This document shows positions 39,192 to 49,838 of a DNA stretch of 64,000 nucleotides, one piece after another. The stretch is from an uncultured Candidatus Saccharibacteria bacterium. GTDB lineage: Bacteria; Patescibacteriota; Minisyncoccia; Phycocordibacterales; CSBR16-119. Position 1 is the first letter of the stretch, and the number at the start of each line of letters is the position of its first letter. The notes under the pieces are model-generated. The model was given only the letters and a program-made list of their open reading frames with translations. It had not been told where the DNA came from and made no database searches. The position numbers and the translations under genes are program-made. The stretch covers positions 7,037 through 71,036 of the forward strand of contig CAYRQF010000002.1 of assembly GCA_964426385.1 (NCBI GenBank), in the 5' to 3' direction.

Positions 39192-39838
39192 TGCCGAAAC
39201 CGAAGGTTATAGTTTTTGATTTTGATGGAGTTATCATAGACTCTAACGATTTTGGTTTACGACAATTTATAAAAGTGTTCCCGAAAATAACCGCCGACGA
39301 TTACAAGAATTTGCTCCGGGGTAACTTCAGAGACGGAGTAGACAAGCTTACGCTAGAGAAAATACCAGAAACAGAAGAAGAAAAAGAAGCGAGGAGAGCG
39401 CAGGCAAATCTAGAAAAACTAAATGTTTGTTCGATGTTTCCGGGAATGGTGGAGCTAGCTCAGGAACTTCATGGGCTAGGATACACGCTCGCCATGAACA
39501 CTTCGGCGAGCACGATGAGTTGCGTTCCGATGCTCGAGAAGTGTGGACTCGGTGAATGTTTCGATTTTATGGGCACTATCGAAATAGATAGAAGCAAGGT
39601 CAAGAAATTCAATCTCATGAAAGAAAAATACGGTGTCACAGGATCAGAGATGGTCTTCGTTACAGACACGCTAGGCGATCTAGTAGAGGCGCATGAAGCA
39701 GACGTCCCAACCCTCGTCGTCATGTGGGGTATGCACGACAGGAGCTACTTTACCCGAGAGACACATGACAACCTCGTCGCCATCGTCGATACCGTCGCCG
39801 AACTAAGAGAGAAAATATTAGAAAGTGTTAAAATATAG
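39191..39838 (+). CDS. HAD family hydrolase
   Basis: FDFDGVIIDS, NTS, SK, FVTDTLGD. Confidence 0.9.
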   Translation: MPKPKVIVFDFDGVIIDSNDFGLRQFIKVFPKITADDYKNLLRGNFRDGVDKLTLEKIPETEEEKEARRAQANLEKLNVCSMFPGMVELAQELHGLGYTLAMNTSASTMSCVPMLEKCGLGECFDFMGTIEIDRSKVKKFNLMKEKYGVTGSEMVFVTDTLGDLVEAHEADVPTLVVMWGMHDRSYFTRETHDNLVAIVDTVAELREKILESVKI

Positions 39839-39840
39839 GG

Positions 39841-40074
39841 ATGAAACATTTTGATGGATTTCTAAGTTGGGTAGGGGTTCTGATCATCCTCGGGGCGTAT
39901 ATCCTGAATGTTTTCGGCGTTATTTGGACTCAGAGTATTATTTATCTGCTGGCCAATATCGTCGGTTCGGTTTTCATCCTCGGACACGCCTTTCACCGGC
40001 GTGACTACCAGCCAGCGATACTGAACATCATCTGGGCAGTGGTTGCACTTATTAATTTAGTTATCCTTCTATGA
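39841..40074 (+). CDS. small 3-TM membrane protein (CBU_0592-like)
   Basis: WVGVLIILGAY..YLLANIVGS..QPAILNIIWAVVAL. Confidence 0.8.
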   Translation: MKHFDGFLSWVGVLIILGAYILNVFGVIWTQSIIYLLANIVGSVFILGHAFHRRDYQPAILNIIWAVVALINLVILL

Positions 40075-40730
40075 AACTACTTCTAACATCAAACGGACTT
40101 TCTAACGATTCTGTCGTTAGGGCCCTCTTTGATCTCGTCGGTAAAAAGCCTGAAGATACAAAAATCGTTTTTATTCCGACGGCAGCCAATTTAGAAGTTG
40201 GCGATATGGGTTGGTTTATAGATAATTTGATTGATATTCAGAAATGTGTTTTTGAAGAGATACAGATAACAGACATTTCCGCTGTCGATGAAAAGATTTG
40301 GCGTCCGAAGTTCGAGAATGCTGATATTTTGTTTTTCCAAGGAGGGAATAGCTACCACCTGATGTCTTGGATAAATAAATCAGGTCTTGTAAATATTTTG
40401 CCAGAACTCATGAAAACGAAAGTATGGGTTGGCGCAAGCGCAGGAGCTATGGTGACTAATCCTACCTTAGCCTTAACCTCCAAGGATAAAGAAATGTATT
40501 ATGAGGAGGTGTTTGGAAAAACTGGGGAAGAAGCTCTGGGGTTTGTAGATTTCTATATTAGACCACATTTTAATTCTCCAAGTTTTCCCGAAGTTAGAAA
40601 AGAATATTTAGAGGACGCAATAAAAGGGATAAATCAGAAGGTTTACGTACTCGACGATAACTCTGCTGTAAAGGTGGATGGAGATAAAGTAGAGGTTGTT
40701 TCAGAAGGCGAATGGATTGTTTTTAACTAG
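40071..40730 (+). CDS. peptidase E (S51) family
   Basis: LLLTSNG, FIPTA, QGGNSYHL, GASAGA, RPH. Confidence 0.9.
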   Translation: MKLLLTSNGLSNDSVVRALFDLVGKKPEDTKIVFIPTAANLEVGDMGWFIDNLIDIQKCVFEEIQITDISAVDEKIWRPKFENADILFFQGGNSYHLMSWINKSGLVNILPELMKTKVWVGASAGAMVTNPTLALTSKDKEMYYEEVFGKTGEEALGFVDFYIRPHFNSPSFPEVRKEYLEDAIKGINQKVYVLDDNSAVKVDGDKVEVVSEGEWIVFN

Positions 40731-40736
40731 ATAAAT

Positions 40737-41240
40737 ATGTCAGAAGAAGTTGTTGTAGTAAATGAAAATGACGAAATAATCGGCACGATGCCGAAGGATG
40801 AGGCTCATAAAAATGGGGTACCTCATCGTATAGCTGTTACTTACGTAGAAAATACTTCTGGGCAGATTTTGGTCCAGATCAGAATGAGTGGAAGTTTGGA
40901 CCACTCGTCTGCTGGTCATGTGGAGGTTGGAGAATCTTATGAAGATGCTGCTCGCCGCGAACTTGAGGAAGAGCTCGGAATAAAAGATGTCGATCTTGCA
41001 TATATTGGGAAAGGTTCCTCTGATGAAAATTATGGACATGACGGAGGTCACAGAGTTCATTTCTTTCATGTTTTTAGGTGCAAGGCTGAACCAGGTCAAA
41101 TTCAACAAGATGAAGTAAGTGGTATTTATTGGGCTGACCCAGAAGAGGTTTTAAAAGAAATGCAGATAGAACCTAGAGAGAAAGTGTTTGCGGGAGGGTT
41201 TTTAGTTTCGTTGCCAATATATTTAGCTAGCAAGAAATAA
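40737..41240 (+). CDS. NUDIX hydrolase (IDI-like)
   Basis: GHVEVGESYEDAARRELEEELGI Nudix box; AH..PHR. Confidence 0.9.
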   Translation: MSEEVVVVNENDEIIGTMPKDEAHKNGVPHRIAVTYVENTSGQILVQIRMSGSLDHSSAGHVEVGESYEDAARRELEEELGIKDVDLAYIGKGSSDENYGHDGGHRVHFFHVFRCKAEPGQIQQDEVSGIYWADPEEVLKEMQIEPREKVFAGGFLVSLPIYLASKK

Positions 41241-41241
41241 T

Positions 41242-41850
41242 ATGAAAAAACAGGTTGTTGTAATTCATGGGGCCGAAGCTTTCGATACATACGAAGATTA
41301 TTTGAAGTTTCTGAAAAATATAGAAATAAAAAGTCTGGATGATATCAAAGAAAGCAGAGGCTGGAAAAGTTCTCTAGGAAATAGACTCGGGGAAGAATTT
41401 GAGGTGGTTGCACCCAGGATGCCCAATAGCTTCAATGCTAAATACGCTGAATGGAAAATCTGGTTTGATAAGATCGCCCCTCTTTTAAGTAGTGAAGTGG
41501 TCCTTGTTGGTAATTCGATGGGGAGTATTTTCTTGGTTAAATATTTGTCTGAGAATGATCTAAAGAGTGAGATTAAAAGTCTACACTTGGCTGGCACACC
41601 CTTTGATGCTGAGGGTACCAATGACACACTGGTTGATTTTGCGATTACAGCCGACTTTAGAAATCTCGAGAAGCAGGTAAGTAATATATTTTTCTATCAA
41701 AGCAAAGACGACCCAGCTGTTCCTTTTGCCAATGTTGAAAAGTATAGAAAGCTTTTGCCGAATGCTAATTACAATATCTTCGAAGACCGCGGACATTTCC
41801 GCCAAGAAGAATTCCCGGAACTGGTGGAGAATATCCGCAAATTCAGCTAG
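41242..41850 (+). CDS. alpha/beta hydrolase (YdeN/RBBP9-like)
   Basis: IHG, RMPN..YAEW, GNSMG nucleophile elbow, SKDDPAVP, RGHF. Confidence 0.88.
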   Translation: MKKQVVVIHGAEAFDTYEDYLKFLKNIEIKSLDDIKESRGWKSSLGNRLGEEFEVVAPRMPNSFNAKYAEWKIWFDKIAPLLSSEVVLVGNSMGSIFLVKYLSENDLKSEIKSLHLAGTPFDAEGTNDTLVDFAITADFRNLEKQVSNIFFYQSKDDPAVPFANVEKYRKLLPNANYNIFEDRGHFRQEEFPELVENIRKFS

Positions 41851-41859
41851 AATATACTC

Positions 41860-42879
41860 ATGAACACCAAAATCAATGCCAAATACTTCTTCTTCGGACT
41901 ACTTCTGATAGTCCTAGCCTTTACCGTAGTTTTACTACGACCTTTCCTAACACTCCTGGTACTCGGGGCATCTATATCTGTCGTACTCTATCCGTTGTAT
42001 AACTGGTTTAACAAAGAGATGAAGTGGCAAACTGGTTGGCTGTCATCGATCCTAACCGTTCTGACATTTATGATAGTGCTATGCGTCCCACTCTTTTTTA
42101 TCGGCAGTAGTATCGTCAAGCAGTCCTCTGATGTCTATAATCAGCTCTCATCTGAGGGTCAGTCCGATGTGTACGTTAGTCAGTTCAATGAAACCGCGGC
42201 TAGAATATTGCCAGCGAATATAAATTTCGACATCAGGGATACAGCAGAAAGTGTGTTCGGAGCTATCACGAAAAATGTTGCAGGGATATTCACCAAGACG
42301 CTTACAACGATACTCTATTTCCTCTTACTACTTCTAGCGATATTCTACTTCCTCAAAGACGGTCATCGCTGGAAGAAAGCCGTAATACTACTTTCACCGC
42401 TCCCTAATACAGATGATGTTAAGGTGATAGACAGACTACAGAATGCAGTTTCTGGGGTGATGAAGGGCTACCTACTAATCGCAGCGCTCCAGGGTATCCT
42501 CATGGGTGTCGGACTCGCTATATTTGGTGTACCACATGCGGCATTGTTCGGGCTCTTCGCAGGTGTGGCCTCACTAGTTCCAACCATCGGTACTGCGATA
42601 GTGGCGATACCAGTCGTGCTCTACCTGTTCGCGTCAGGTGATTCTACCGCGGCTATAGGTTTCACTATCTGGGCTACTGTTATCGTCGGCTTCGTCGACA
42701 ACCTACTGAACCCTACGCTCGTCGGGCGTCGTACGAACATCCCACCACTGTTTATCCTATTCTCAGTACTCGGTGGTATCGCACTCCTAGGTCCTGTCGG
42801 TATCCTTATAGGCCCACTCACTATCAGTCTACTTCTCGCACTGATTGCGATATATCGTGAGAGAGAAATGCATAAATAG
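41860..42879 (+). CDS. AI-2E family transporter
   Basis: LYPLY, FYFLKDG, PTIGT, DNLLNPTLVG, GGIALLGPVGILIGP. Confidence 0.92.
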   Translation: MNTKINAKYFFFGLLLIVLAFTVVLLRPFLTLLVLGASISVVLYPLYNWFNKEMKWQTGWLSSILTVLTFMIVLCVPLFFIGSSIVKQSSDVYNQLSSEGQSDVYVSQFNETAARILPANINFDIRDTAESVFGAITKNVAGIFTKTLTTILYFLLLLLAIFYFLKDGHRWKKAVILLSPLPNTDDVKVIDRLQNAVSGVMKGYLLIAALQGILMGVGLAIFGVPHAALFGLFAGVASLVPTIGTAIVAIPVVLYLFASGDSTAAIGFTIWATVIVGFVDNLLNPTLVGRRTNIPPLFILFSVLGGIALLGPVGILIGPLTISLLLALIAIYREREMHK

Positions 42880-42958
42880 GTTACACGCCGTGGAAAATTT
42901 GTTAGTATGGTAATAGGGTAGAGGTCGTTATTAATAGAGTAATTTTGCAAAATAATTT

Positions 42959-43111
42959 ATGTTAGTAACAATCGCAACAATTCTTATCATCCTTTGGCTT
43001 CTCGGTATCGTTGGGGTGTATACAATCGGAAACTTGATTCACATACTCCTAGTTATCGCCGTGATAATGTTCCTCGTTCGCATCATCCGCGGAGAGAACC
43101 CAGTCAAATAG
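42959..43111 (+). CDS. lmo0937-family small membrane protein (50 aa, not in ORF track)
   Basis: MLVTIATILIILWLLGIVGVYTIGNLIHILLVIAVIMFLVRIIRGENPVK. Confidence 0.88.
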   Translation: MLVTIATILIILWLLGIVGVYTIGNLIHILLVIAVIMFLVRIIRGENPVK

Positions 43112-43141
43112 GTATTAGGTTATAGATAGTAGATTTTATAA

Positions 43142-43173
43142 AGCAGAAATCCGCCCAGAGGCGGATTTCTGCT
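43142..43173. terminator. terminator hairpin
   Basis: agcagaaatccgcc-caga-ggcggatttctgct. Confidence 0.7.
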
Positions 43174-43184
43174 ATAATAAAGAT

Positions 43185-43445
43185 ATGGAAACATTAATGA
43201 AAGCAGACATTTTTTTCTTCGTTACGACCATCTGCGTAGTGCTCATATCAGGAGCTATTATCTACCTATTGATCCGAGCTTCGGCATTCATGACATCACT
43301 CAGGGAGCTCGCAGACAAACTCAAGGAGAAGGCTGATGATGTCGGACAAGAAGCCGAGGAGCTACTCGAGAGGATGGAGGATAGTCTCATATTTAGACTC
43401 GTGTTTGGAGGAAGGAAGAAATCTACGAGAAAGAAGAAGCGCTAG
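43185..43445 (+). CDS. hypothetical membrane protein
   Basis: METLMKADIFFFVTTI TM helix plus coiled coil; TGCTATAAT 6 nt upstream. Confidence 0.8.
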   Translation: METLMKADIFFFVTTICVVLISGAIIYLLIRASAFMTSLRELADKLKEKADDVGQEAEELLERMEDSLIFRLVFGGRKKSTRKKKR

Positions 43446-43504
43446 AGTTTTGCTCGGGTGGGTGTATAATTAATGAGGATATTATCAGGCTTAAATATAT
43501 AACT

Positions 43505-43849
43505 ATGGCAAAAACTAACAAAAAGAGCGGAGTGGGAAAAGCCCTAGCTGTCGGAGCAGGTGTAGCAGCAGCGAGTGCTGCGGCATACATGCTCATAGGA
43601 CCTAAGGGCAAGCAGAACCGAGCCAAGGTAAAAGCATTTGCAAAAAAGGCAAAGACTGCAATAACTAAGAACAAAGAAGTTATGGCGATGGCGGCAGCGG
43701 TTACCAAAGCTGCTATGGGTGCGAAGAAGAAGGCCGGAAGCGCAGTGAAGAAGGCGAAAGTGGTGGCGAAATCAAGTATGAAGAAAGGTGTGACTGCAGC
43801 CAAGAAGGCTGTGAAGAAAGCAGTAAATAATGCAAAGAAGCGAGCATAA
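43505..43849 (+). CDS. Lys/Ala-rich protein with YtxH-like N-terminus
   Basis: GAGVAAASAAAYMLIGPKGKQNR followed by AKKA repeats. Confidence 0.75.
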   Translation: MAKTNKKSGVGKALAVGAGVAAASAAAYMLIGPKGKQNRAKVKAFAKKAKTAITKNKEVMAMAAAVTKAAMGAKKKAGSAVKKAKVVAKSSMKKGVTAAKKAVKKAVNNAKKRA

Positions 43850-43870
43850 TTATTAAGATAAATAAATAAT

Positions 43871-44098
43871 ATGGATCAGCAACCACAAATGAATCAGACA
43901 ACAACATCAGACAGTGGAGGAACAAACACAGTTTTGATAGTTATCGTAATCATTATCATCTTGGTCGGAGGATATTTTCTCTTCATGAGAAATGGCGTTG
44001 CACCAGCACCAGCAGATAACGGCGGAGTTAATATAGATGTTACTCTGCCAGCTAACAGTGATGAGCAGCCACCCGCAGGACAGGAAGCTGTTTACTAA
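43871..44098 (+). CDS. small single-TM protein
   Basis: NTVLIVIVIIIILVGGYFLF..GVNIDVTLP; terminator follows. Confidence 0.75.
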   Translation: MDQQPQMNQTTTSDSGGTNTVLIVIVIIIILVGGYFLFMRNGVAPAPADNGGVNIDVTLPANSDEQPPAGQEAVY

Positions 44099-44110
44099 TC
44101 GATCGGATAA

Positions 44111-44140
44111 ACAAAAAGCCCCAGGTTGGGGCTTTTTGCT
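44111..44140. terminator. bidirectional terminator
   Basis: caaaaagcccca-ggt-tggggctttttg between convergent genes. Confidence 0.8.
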
Positions 44141-44150
44141 TTAGTATTTT

Positions 44151-44855
44151 TTAAAAACCTAACTGTTTAAAGAGAGTCTTGAGCTCGGGGCCGGCAATTT
44201 TCTTGAACTGATTTGGTTTCAGTTTACCGAGTTCTATATTCATAACGCGGATTCGTTTCAGCTTCATGACTTTGTATCCGAGTGATCCACACATTTTCCT
44301 GATTTGGCGATTTTTGCCTTCGGTTAGGATTATCTGGAATGAGTGCTTGTCGACGCGCATTATCTTTGCCTTTTTTGTCGTATAACCATCGAGCTTGATC
44401 CCGAGACCCATCTTGACCAGAAAGGAGTGCGCGATCTCCGGAGAAACACTGACGAGATACTCCTTTTCATGGTCGTTGTCTGGATTTAGCAGTTTGTCGG
44501 TTAGACGGCCATCATTGGTCATGAGGATGAGCCCCTCAGAGTCCTTGTCGAGGCGGCCGAGTGGGAAGACTCGTTCGGGGAATTTGGCCCGCTCCTCTAT
44601 ACCGGGCTCCTCAGCCGTTCCTCCCACTGACAGCACTCCTACGGGCTTGTAGTAGGCATAATACGCGTACTCAGTGGCTTTTACGCCCTTTAGCGTCACT
44701 TCGTCCTTCTCGTAGACTGTGTCTCCGAGAACGGCCTTTTTGCCGTTTATATACACCTTTCCTGCAGATATGAGCTCATCCGCTCCACGCCTAGTAGCGT
44801 AGTTCTTGTGGGCGAGGTATTTGTTTATCCTCATCGGGAAACCTGATTCACTCAT
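44151..44855 (-). CDS. RsuA-family pseudouridine synthase (RluF/RluB-like)
   Basis: S4 domain RINKYLA..TRRGADELI; GRLDKDSEGL; EGKNRQIRKM. Confidence 0.92.
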   Translation of the reverse strand: MSESGFPMRINKYLAHKNYATRRGADELISAGKVYINGKKAVLGDTVYEKDEVTLKGVKATEYAYYAYYKPVGVLSVGGTAEEPGIEERAKFPERVFPLGRLDKDSEGLILMTNDGRLTDKLLNPDNDHEKEYLVSVSPEIAHSFLVKMGLGIKLDGYTTKKAKIMRVDKHSFQIILTEGKNRQIRKMCGSLGYKVMKLKRIRVMNIELGKLKPNQFKKIAGPELKTLFKQLGF

Positions 44856-46012
44856 CTGGTGCGTGTTAGTCTCGAACTAAAGAATAATACAGTGAGCATT
44901 ACACAGCCGAGAACAATAAACAAGCCTCTGTATTCGGTCATAGTTAGGACGAATGTCGCCACAAGTGGCCCCAAGATGTAGGCAACAGGGGCCGCATTTC
45001 TAAACATCGCAATCATATGCGAATCCTCGGCGTCGACTTTTCGGAAGAAATAGCTCTCTGTTCCGACCTGGACGAACGAGGCTCCGACTCGAGTGAGTGT
45101 GAGCCCTATAGTCCAGTTCAAAAAGCTTCCATCTGCGAACAGTCCGAGGGCCGCAGTCGATAGCGCGATGATAACCAGTCCGATACTCATCAGATGCTTC
45201 TCACATCTATATTTGTCAGCGAGGCGGCCGATTGGAACTTCGAGTGTGATGTAGGGGATATGCATTATGGCGAACATGGCGCCTATTTGTTGCCAGTCAA
45301 ACCCGAGAAACATATTGAGATATATCGGCGTATAGACGGCCATCCAGCTGAAGAAAAAAGACAGCATCAGACTGACGATGTAGACATTGAAAAGATTATT
45401 GCTTCGCAGGAAACGGCGTATGATTTTCGGAAATGAGATATCTTTTCTTTCCGACAGTAGATCTATTTTCTCGAGATCTCTCATGAACACTAGGAACATG
45501 ATTATGATGAACATGCCAGCCGTCAGATAGACGAGCTCAAAAGAATTATTCACCAGTATCGTTCCAGCCAGTAGTGGTCCGATCAGGAATGCTAGGTTGT
45601 ACACAGCGAGATAGATTCCGCGTGTATTGCCAGTAGAGCCCTTTTTACTAAAATGCTCAATCAGCAGATCAATGGTGAAATATATCCCTATGCCGGCGGC
45701 TAGGTAAATGACGAAAAACGCCTGGAATAGTAGAGCGTTCTCCGTGTATATCATCCCGAGTATCGAGAGGAGATATGTGCCTGCGGTCAGATGGAACACC
45801 CCTCGAATGCCGATCTTTTTCAGTATGCTCGGCAAGTAGGCGAGGAAGACTATGGTTGTTATCGATCCGAGAGAGAACAATACTCCGACAGTTTTCACGC
45901 TGACGTATGTTCCAACGAAGGAAGAGTCGATGTAGCTTGTTAGCGCGAGTGCGATAGTCAGGAGGAACCCGACCAAAAAGACCGAACGCAGTTTGTTCGC
46001 AGAAGTATTCAC
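44852..46012 (-). CDS. MFS transporter
   Basis: About 12 TM helices, GRLADK motif; GTG start 6 nt after TGTTACAAT. Confidence 0.88.
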   Translation of the reverse strand: MNTSANKLRSVFLVGFLLTIALALTSYIDSSFVGTYVSVKTVGVLFSLGSITTIVFLAYLPSILKKIGIRGVFHLTAGTYLLSILGMIYTENALLFQAFFVIYLAAGIGIYFTIDLLIEHFSKKGSTGNTRGIYLAVYNLAFLIGPLLAGTILVNNSFELVYLTAGMFIIIMFLVFMRDLEKIDLLSERKDISFPKIIRRFLRSNNLFNVYIVSLMLSFFFSWMAVYTPIYLNMFLGFDWQQIGAMFAIMHIPYITLEVPIGRLADKYRCEKHLMSIGLVIIALSTAALGLFADGSFLNWTIGLTLTRVGASFVQVGTESYFFRKVDAEDSHMIAMFRNAAPVAYILGPLVATFVLTMTEYRGLFIVLGCVMLTVLFFSSRLTRTR

Positions 46013-46046
46013 TACATAATTGTAACAAATCTTTACTAGTTTTTGT

Positions 46047-47975
46047 CTAGACGCTGAGGACTACTGGGATAACTACCGGACGCTTGCCCGTGGACTGGAA
46101 CAAGAACTTGGAAATCTTTCTGTTGATGGTGTCTTTGACGTAGTCGAAGTCTATCGGATCCATACCAGCGATTGTTTCCTCCGTAGTGACTTTGATGATA
46201 GTGCGAGCTTTCTTCAGCAGTTCCTGATTTTCCTTTAGGTAGACGAATCCTCGAGAGATGAGGTCAGGGGACTTCTTTACTTTCTTGTTATGGACGTCGA
46301 CCATGATGATGATCATGAATATACCGTCCTGAGCGAGAGCTTTGCGGTCGCGGATGACGAGATGCTGGGTGTCAGAGACGGAGAGCCCGTCGATGATGAC
46401 GGCGTCAGCTGGAACCTTCTCTTTGAGCATAGTGATCTTCTGACCCGAGTCACTAATCTCGATGATGCTACCGTTGTCTGGAACGACAATGTTTTCTGGT
46501 TTAGCACCTAGAGAGACAGCGAGTTCTGCGTGCATTTTCAGTCTGTGGTGGTGTCCGTGGATAGGCATGAAGTATTTGTAGGGGATCTGCCTGTGGATCC
46601 ACTCGAGCTCAGCACGCTTGCCGTGGCCTGAGGCGTGAACGACATTGTCCATATATGTGATGACTTTCGCATTGCCACGGTAGAGATTGTCTTTGAGTTT
46701 GTCGACAGCTGATTCGTTACCAGGGATGACCGAAGATGATAGAACAACTGTGTCCATCTCCTGCATGCGGATCTGCTTGTGAGTTTTGTTGGCGATACGC
46801 ATGAGCGCGGCGAACTCTTCGCCTTGAGCGCCGGTCGCAAGTATGACTATCTTGTGTGGAGGAAGCTTGTCGATATCCTCCATGGCGACCATGTGGTCAA
46901 AGTTCGTGAGCTTGAGTTCCTTGGCGATGCCGACGTTTGTTTTCATCGAACGTCCTTCGATAGCGACATACTTGCCGTACTTTTTAGCTGAGTTGATGAA
47001 CTCGATGATGCGTTCCATCTGGGATGCGAAAGTTCCGATGATGAGTCGGCCTGGTGCTTCTTTGATTATCTTGTCGATGTTATCGATAACTTCCTGCTCT
47101 GAGTATGACCAGCCCGGATATGGGATACCCGTCGAGTCCATCGTCATCAGGAGTACTTTACGTTCCTTGAAGAACGCGTATTGCTCGAACTCTTTTGGTA
47201 GAGGGATGCCGTCACGGTTGTCGACGCGCACGTCGCCAGAGAAGACGATGTCGCCATACGGAGTTTCTAGGATGACACCAGTAGAGTCAGGGATAGAGTG
47301 AGTCTGACCATAGAAGCGGACTTTTAGATCTGCTGATAGGGGAATAGAGCCGTCTTCTTTCTCGATGACTTTTATGTCGAGCTTGAGTCCTGGGAAATCC
47401 TCGGCCTTGGCCTTGATGAGGAGTGCACCGAACTCACGTGTATATATTGGCGGATTGCCGATACGTCCGACTACGTAAGGGATACCCCCGATGTGGTCTA
47501 GGTGACCGTGAGTGATAAGCATAGCTTTGACCTTGTGTTTGTTCTCTTCGAGGTAGCGAGTGTTTGGGATCATGTAGTCGATACCTGGGTTCTCTTCATC
47601 TGCGAAGCCGATACCGGCGTCGATGACGATGATCTGTTCGTTGAACTCGATAGCTGTCATGTTACGTCCGATCTCTTCGACTCCGCCGAGAGGGATGATA
47701 CGTATGGTACCTTTTTCCAAGGCTGGGATTTTCACATTTCCATTCTTCCTGTCTACATGTGGAGCACTGGTAGAATCCTTTGGTCGGAAACTACCTTCAG
47801 GTCGCGGACTAGAGCTAGATCTGCCACGATTGCCACCGCCAAAAGGCTTCTTCCGAGGGTTGGTCGCCTGAAAGGCGTTCGGAACTGTCGTCCTGGGCGT
47901 ATCTGTTTTTTGTTCTGGTGAGACGTATGTCCGAGTCCGGTTTACGCTCCCTCCTGTGTTTGGTTTTTTTATCAT
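46047..47975 (-). CDS. rnj: ribonuclease J
   Basis: PLGGVEEIGRNM, THGHLDHIGG, HSIPD, ATGAQGE, HASGH; about 85-aa low-complexity N-terminal extension. Confidence 0.96.
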   Translation of the reverse strand: MIKKPNTGGSVNRTRTYVSPEQKTDTPRTTVPNAFQATNPRKKPFGGGNRGRSSSSPRPEGSFRPKDSTSAPHVDRKNGNVKIPALEKGTIRIIPLGGVEEIGRNMTAIEFNEQIIVIDAGIGFADEENPGIDYMIPNTRYLEENKHKVKAMLITHGHLDHIGGIPYVVGRIGNPPIYTREFGALLIKAKAEDFPGLKLDIKVIEKEDGSIPLSADLKVRFYGQTHSIPDSTGVILETPYGDIVFSGDVRVDNRDGIPLPKEFEQYAFFKERKVLLMTMDSTGIPYPGWSYSEQEVIDNIDKIIKEAPGRLIIGTFASQMERIIEFINSAKKYGKYVAIEGRSMKTNVGIAKELKLTNFDHMVAMEDIDKLPPHKIVILATGAQGEEFAALMRIANKTHKQIRMQEMDTVVLSSSVIPGNESAVDKLKDNLYRGNAKVITYMDNVVHASGHGKRAELEWIHRQIPYKYFMPIHGHHHRLKMHAELAVSLGAKPENIVVPDNGSIIEISDSGQKITMLKEKVPADAVIIDGLSVSDTQHLVIRDRKALAQDGIFMIIIMVDVHNKKVKKSPDLISRGFVYLKENQELLKKARTIIKVTTEETIAGMDPIDFDYVKDTINRKISKFLFQSTGKRPVVIPVVLSV

Positions 47976-48003
47976 ATTCTTTTAATTATTAATTTTTTAT
48001 TGA

Positions 48004-49791
48004 TTATTGTTCTATATCTGCATCTACACTTTCTTCGGTCTTTGGCTGGAGGAATTCCCACACAGCATCAGTCCTGACGTACCACTCACTTATCCCTAGA
48101 AATCTCTCTGATGAGTTCGTGATTTGGTCGAGAGCGATATTCTTTACTTTGCCTGACTCCATATATATGAGATCGGGAGAGTAGATGAATATAGCTGGTG
48201 AGTCCGCACGTACGATGTCATTGAACTCTCCGACTTTCTCATCACGTGTCTCTGGGTCGGGTGTAGAGATGATCTCCTCCAGAAGTTTGTCGACGCGGTT
48301 GTTCGTGTAGACGGCGACGTTGAGTCCTGGGTCGTTCCTCTGTGATGAGTGCCAGAAGGCGAATAGGTCGGTATCGTTTCGGATGACTTGTCCGAAGAAT
48401 AGAGCTTCGTATTCGCGTGGTCTGATAATATTCTGGTTCAGCGCTCCGACGTCAAATACTTTCACCGAGACCTCTATTCCAATTTTGGCGAGGTCAGACT
48501 TGATAAGGTCGCTCGCTTGTCGGAGTTCCGCGACGTCGGCAGTCGAGATAGAGAATCGGAGCTGTTTACCATCTTTCTCGCGGATACCCGTTCTTTCGTT
48601 CATTCGGAAACCGGCAGAATCGAGCAGGACGTTCGCTTGATTCAGGCTCTCTGACGCTGACTCAGGGACTGCGATCTCCTCGTCACTTTTCATAAGTGAT
48701 GCCGGGACTGGCCCATCGATGATCGTACCGAAACCGTACAAGACGGTGTTGACGATGTTTTCTTTGTCGATGGCGAGATCTATAGCTGTAACTATAGTAC
48801 TATTTCTAAGATATTCATTTCTGTTTGGATTAAAAAACATACCGAACACTCTAGAGAGTGTTGTCGTAGTCGGTTCGTACCCCTCATCTGTTAGTGCTTT
48901 GGCATTCTTCGGACTAACTGAGCTGATCTGATCTACACGACCCTTTCTGTAGGCACGGATGAGATCGGCTTCGCTTTGGTAAAATTTAAAATCAATATTT
49001 TTTATAAATGGTGCATCACCTGCATAGCCATCGAAAGCCGACAGGCGGACATGCTCTATCTGACCGGCCTTATTCTGATCGATTTTTTGGATGCGATACA
49101 GTCCTGAACCGACAGCCTGGAGATTGTTATCTGAGAAACTGAACATTTCTGGATCGATACTCTCCCAAATGTGTTGAGGGATGATGCCGACAGTAGCATT
49201 CTCTAGAAACGACGCATAAGGCTGAGTCAGTTTAAATACTACTGTGCGTGAGTCTTCTGGGTCACGAGTGGCTACGACACCCTCCCAAACTGCCTGCATC
49301 GGACTTTTTATTAGAGAATCTTTAATTTTCTCTACAGTGAATATGACGTCGTTACTTGTAATAGGCGTCTTGTCATGGAACATGGCACCTTCTCGTATTT
49401 TGAAAGTATAGGTGAGTCCTCCTTCAGAGACTTCGTATGACTCGGCGAGATCTGTCACGATATTTCCATCTGGAGTTTTCTTCATCAGACCGGAATAGAC
49501 GAGTGATGATAGGTCGCGGTCCGTATCAGATATGGCCAAGATAGGATTGATAAAGCGGGGATTACCGAACACACCTTCAGAAAACGACCCGCCATTCTCA
49601 GGTAGGTAAAGCATAAAGCTTTTGTTGACACTATTTAATATGGAGATAGTACTAGCCGTTAGTATCACGAACAAGAGCACGAACAGGACTGTCTGTCGGT
49701 TCGAGAATGAATCGAGGATGGTTTTCAGAGTCTTCATATTCAGACCGCGGGATCGCGCCGAAATAGAAGAATTAATGTTTGTTTCTAACAT
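48004..49791 (-). CDS. peptide ABC transporter substrate-binding protein (family 5)
   Basis: GNPRFINPIL, LVYSGL..DLAESYEVSEGGLTYTFKIR..FHD..DVIFT, FWHSSQ. The true start may be downstream. Confidence 0.9.
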   Translation of the reverse strand: MLETNINSSISARSRGLNMKTLKTILDSFSNRQTVLFVLLFVILTASTISILNSVNKSFMLYLPENGGSFSEGVFGNPRFINPILAISDTDRDLSSLVYSGLMKKTPDGNIVTDLAESYEVSEGGLTYTFKIREGAMFHDKTPITSNDVIFTVEKIKDSLIKSPMQAVWEGVVATRDPEDSRTVVFKLTQPYASFLENATVGIIPQHIWESIDPEMFSFSDNNLQAVGSGLYRIQKIDQNKAGQIEHVRLSAFDGYAGDAPFIKNIDFKFYQSEADLIRAYRKGRVDQISSVSPKNAKALTDEGYEPTTTTLSRVFGMFFNPNRNEYLRNSTIVTAIDLAIDKENIVNTVLYGFGTIIDGPVPASLMKSDEEIAVPESASESLNQANVLLDSAGFRMNERTGIREKDGKQLRFSISTADVAELRQASDLIKSDLAKIGIEVSVKVFDVGALNQNIIRPREYEALFFGQVIRNDTDLFAFWHSSQRNDPGLNVAVYTNNRVDKLLEEIISTPDPETRDEKVGEFNDIVRADSPAIFIYSPDLIYMESGKVKNIALDQITNSSERFLGISEWYVRTDAVWEFLQPKTEESVDADIEQ

Positions 49792-49838
49792 GTTATATAG
49801 AGTCTGTATTTAATAGGGTATCTCCCTTAGTTGACCTA

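Noticed and set aside
29138-41850. Integron cassette array of small accessory genes
   Set aside because: No repeated attC-like sites between the genes and no integron integrase; many genes abut or overlap.
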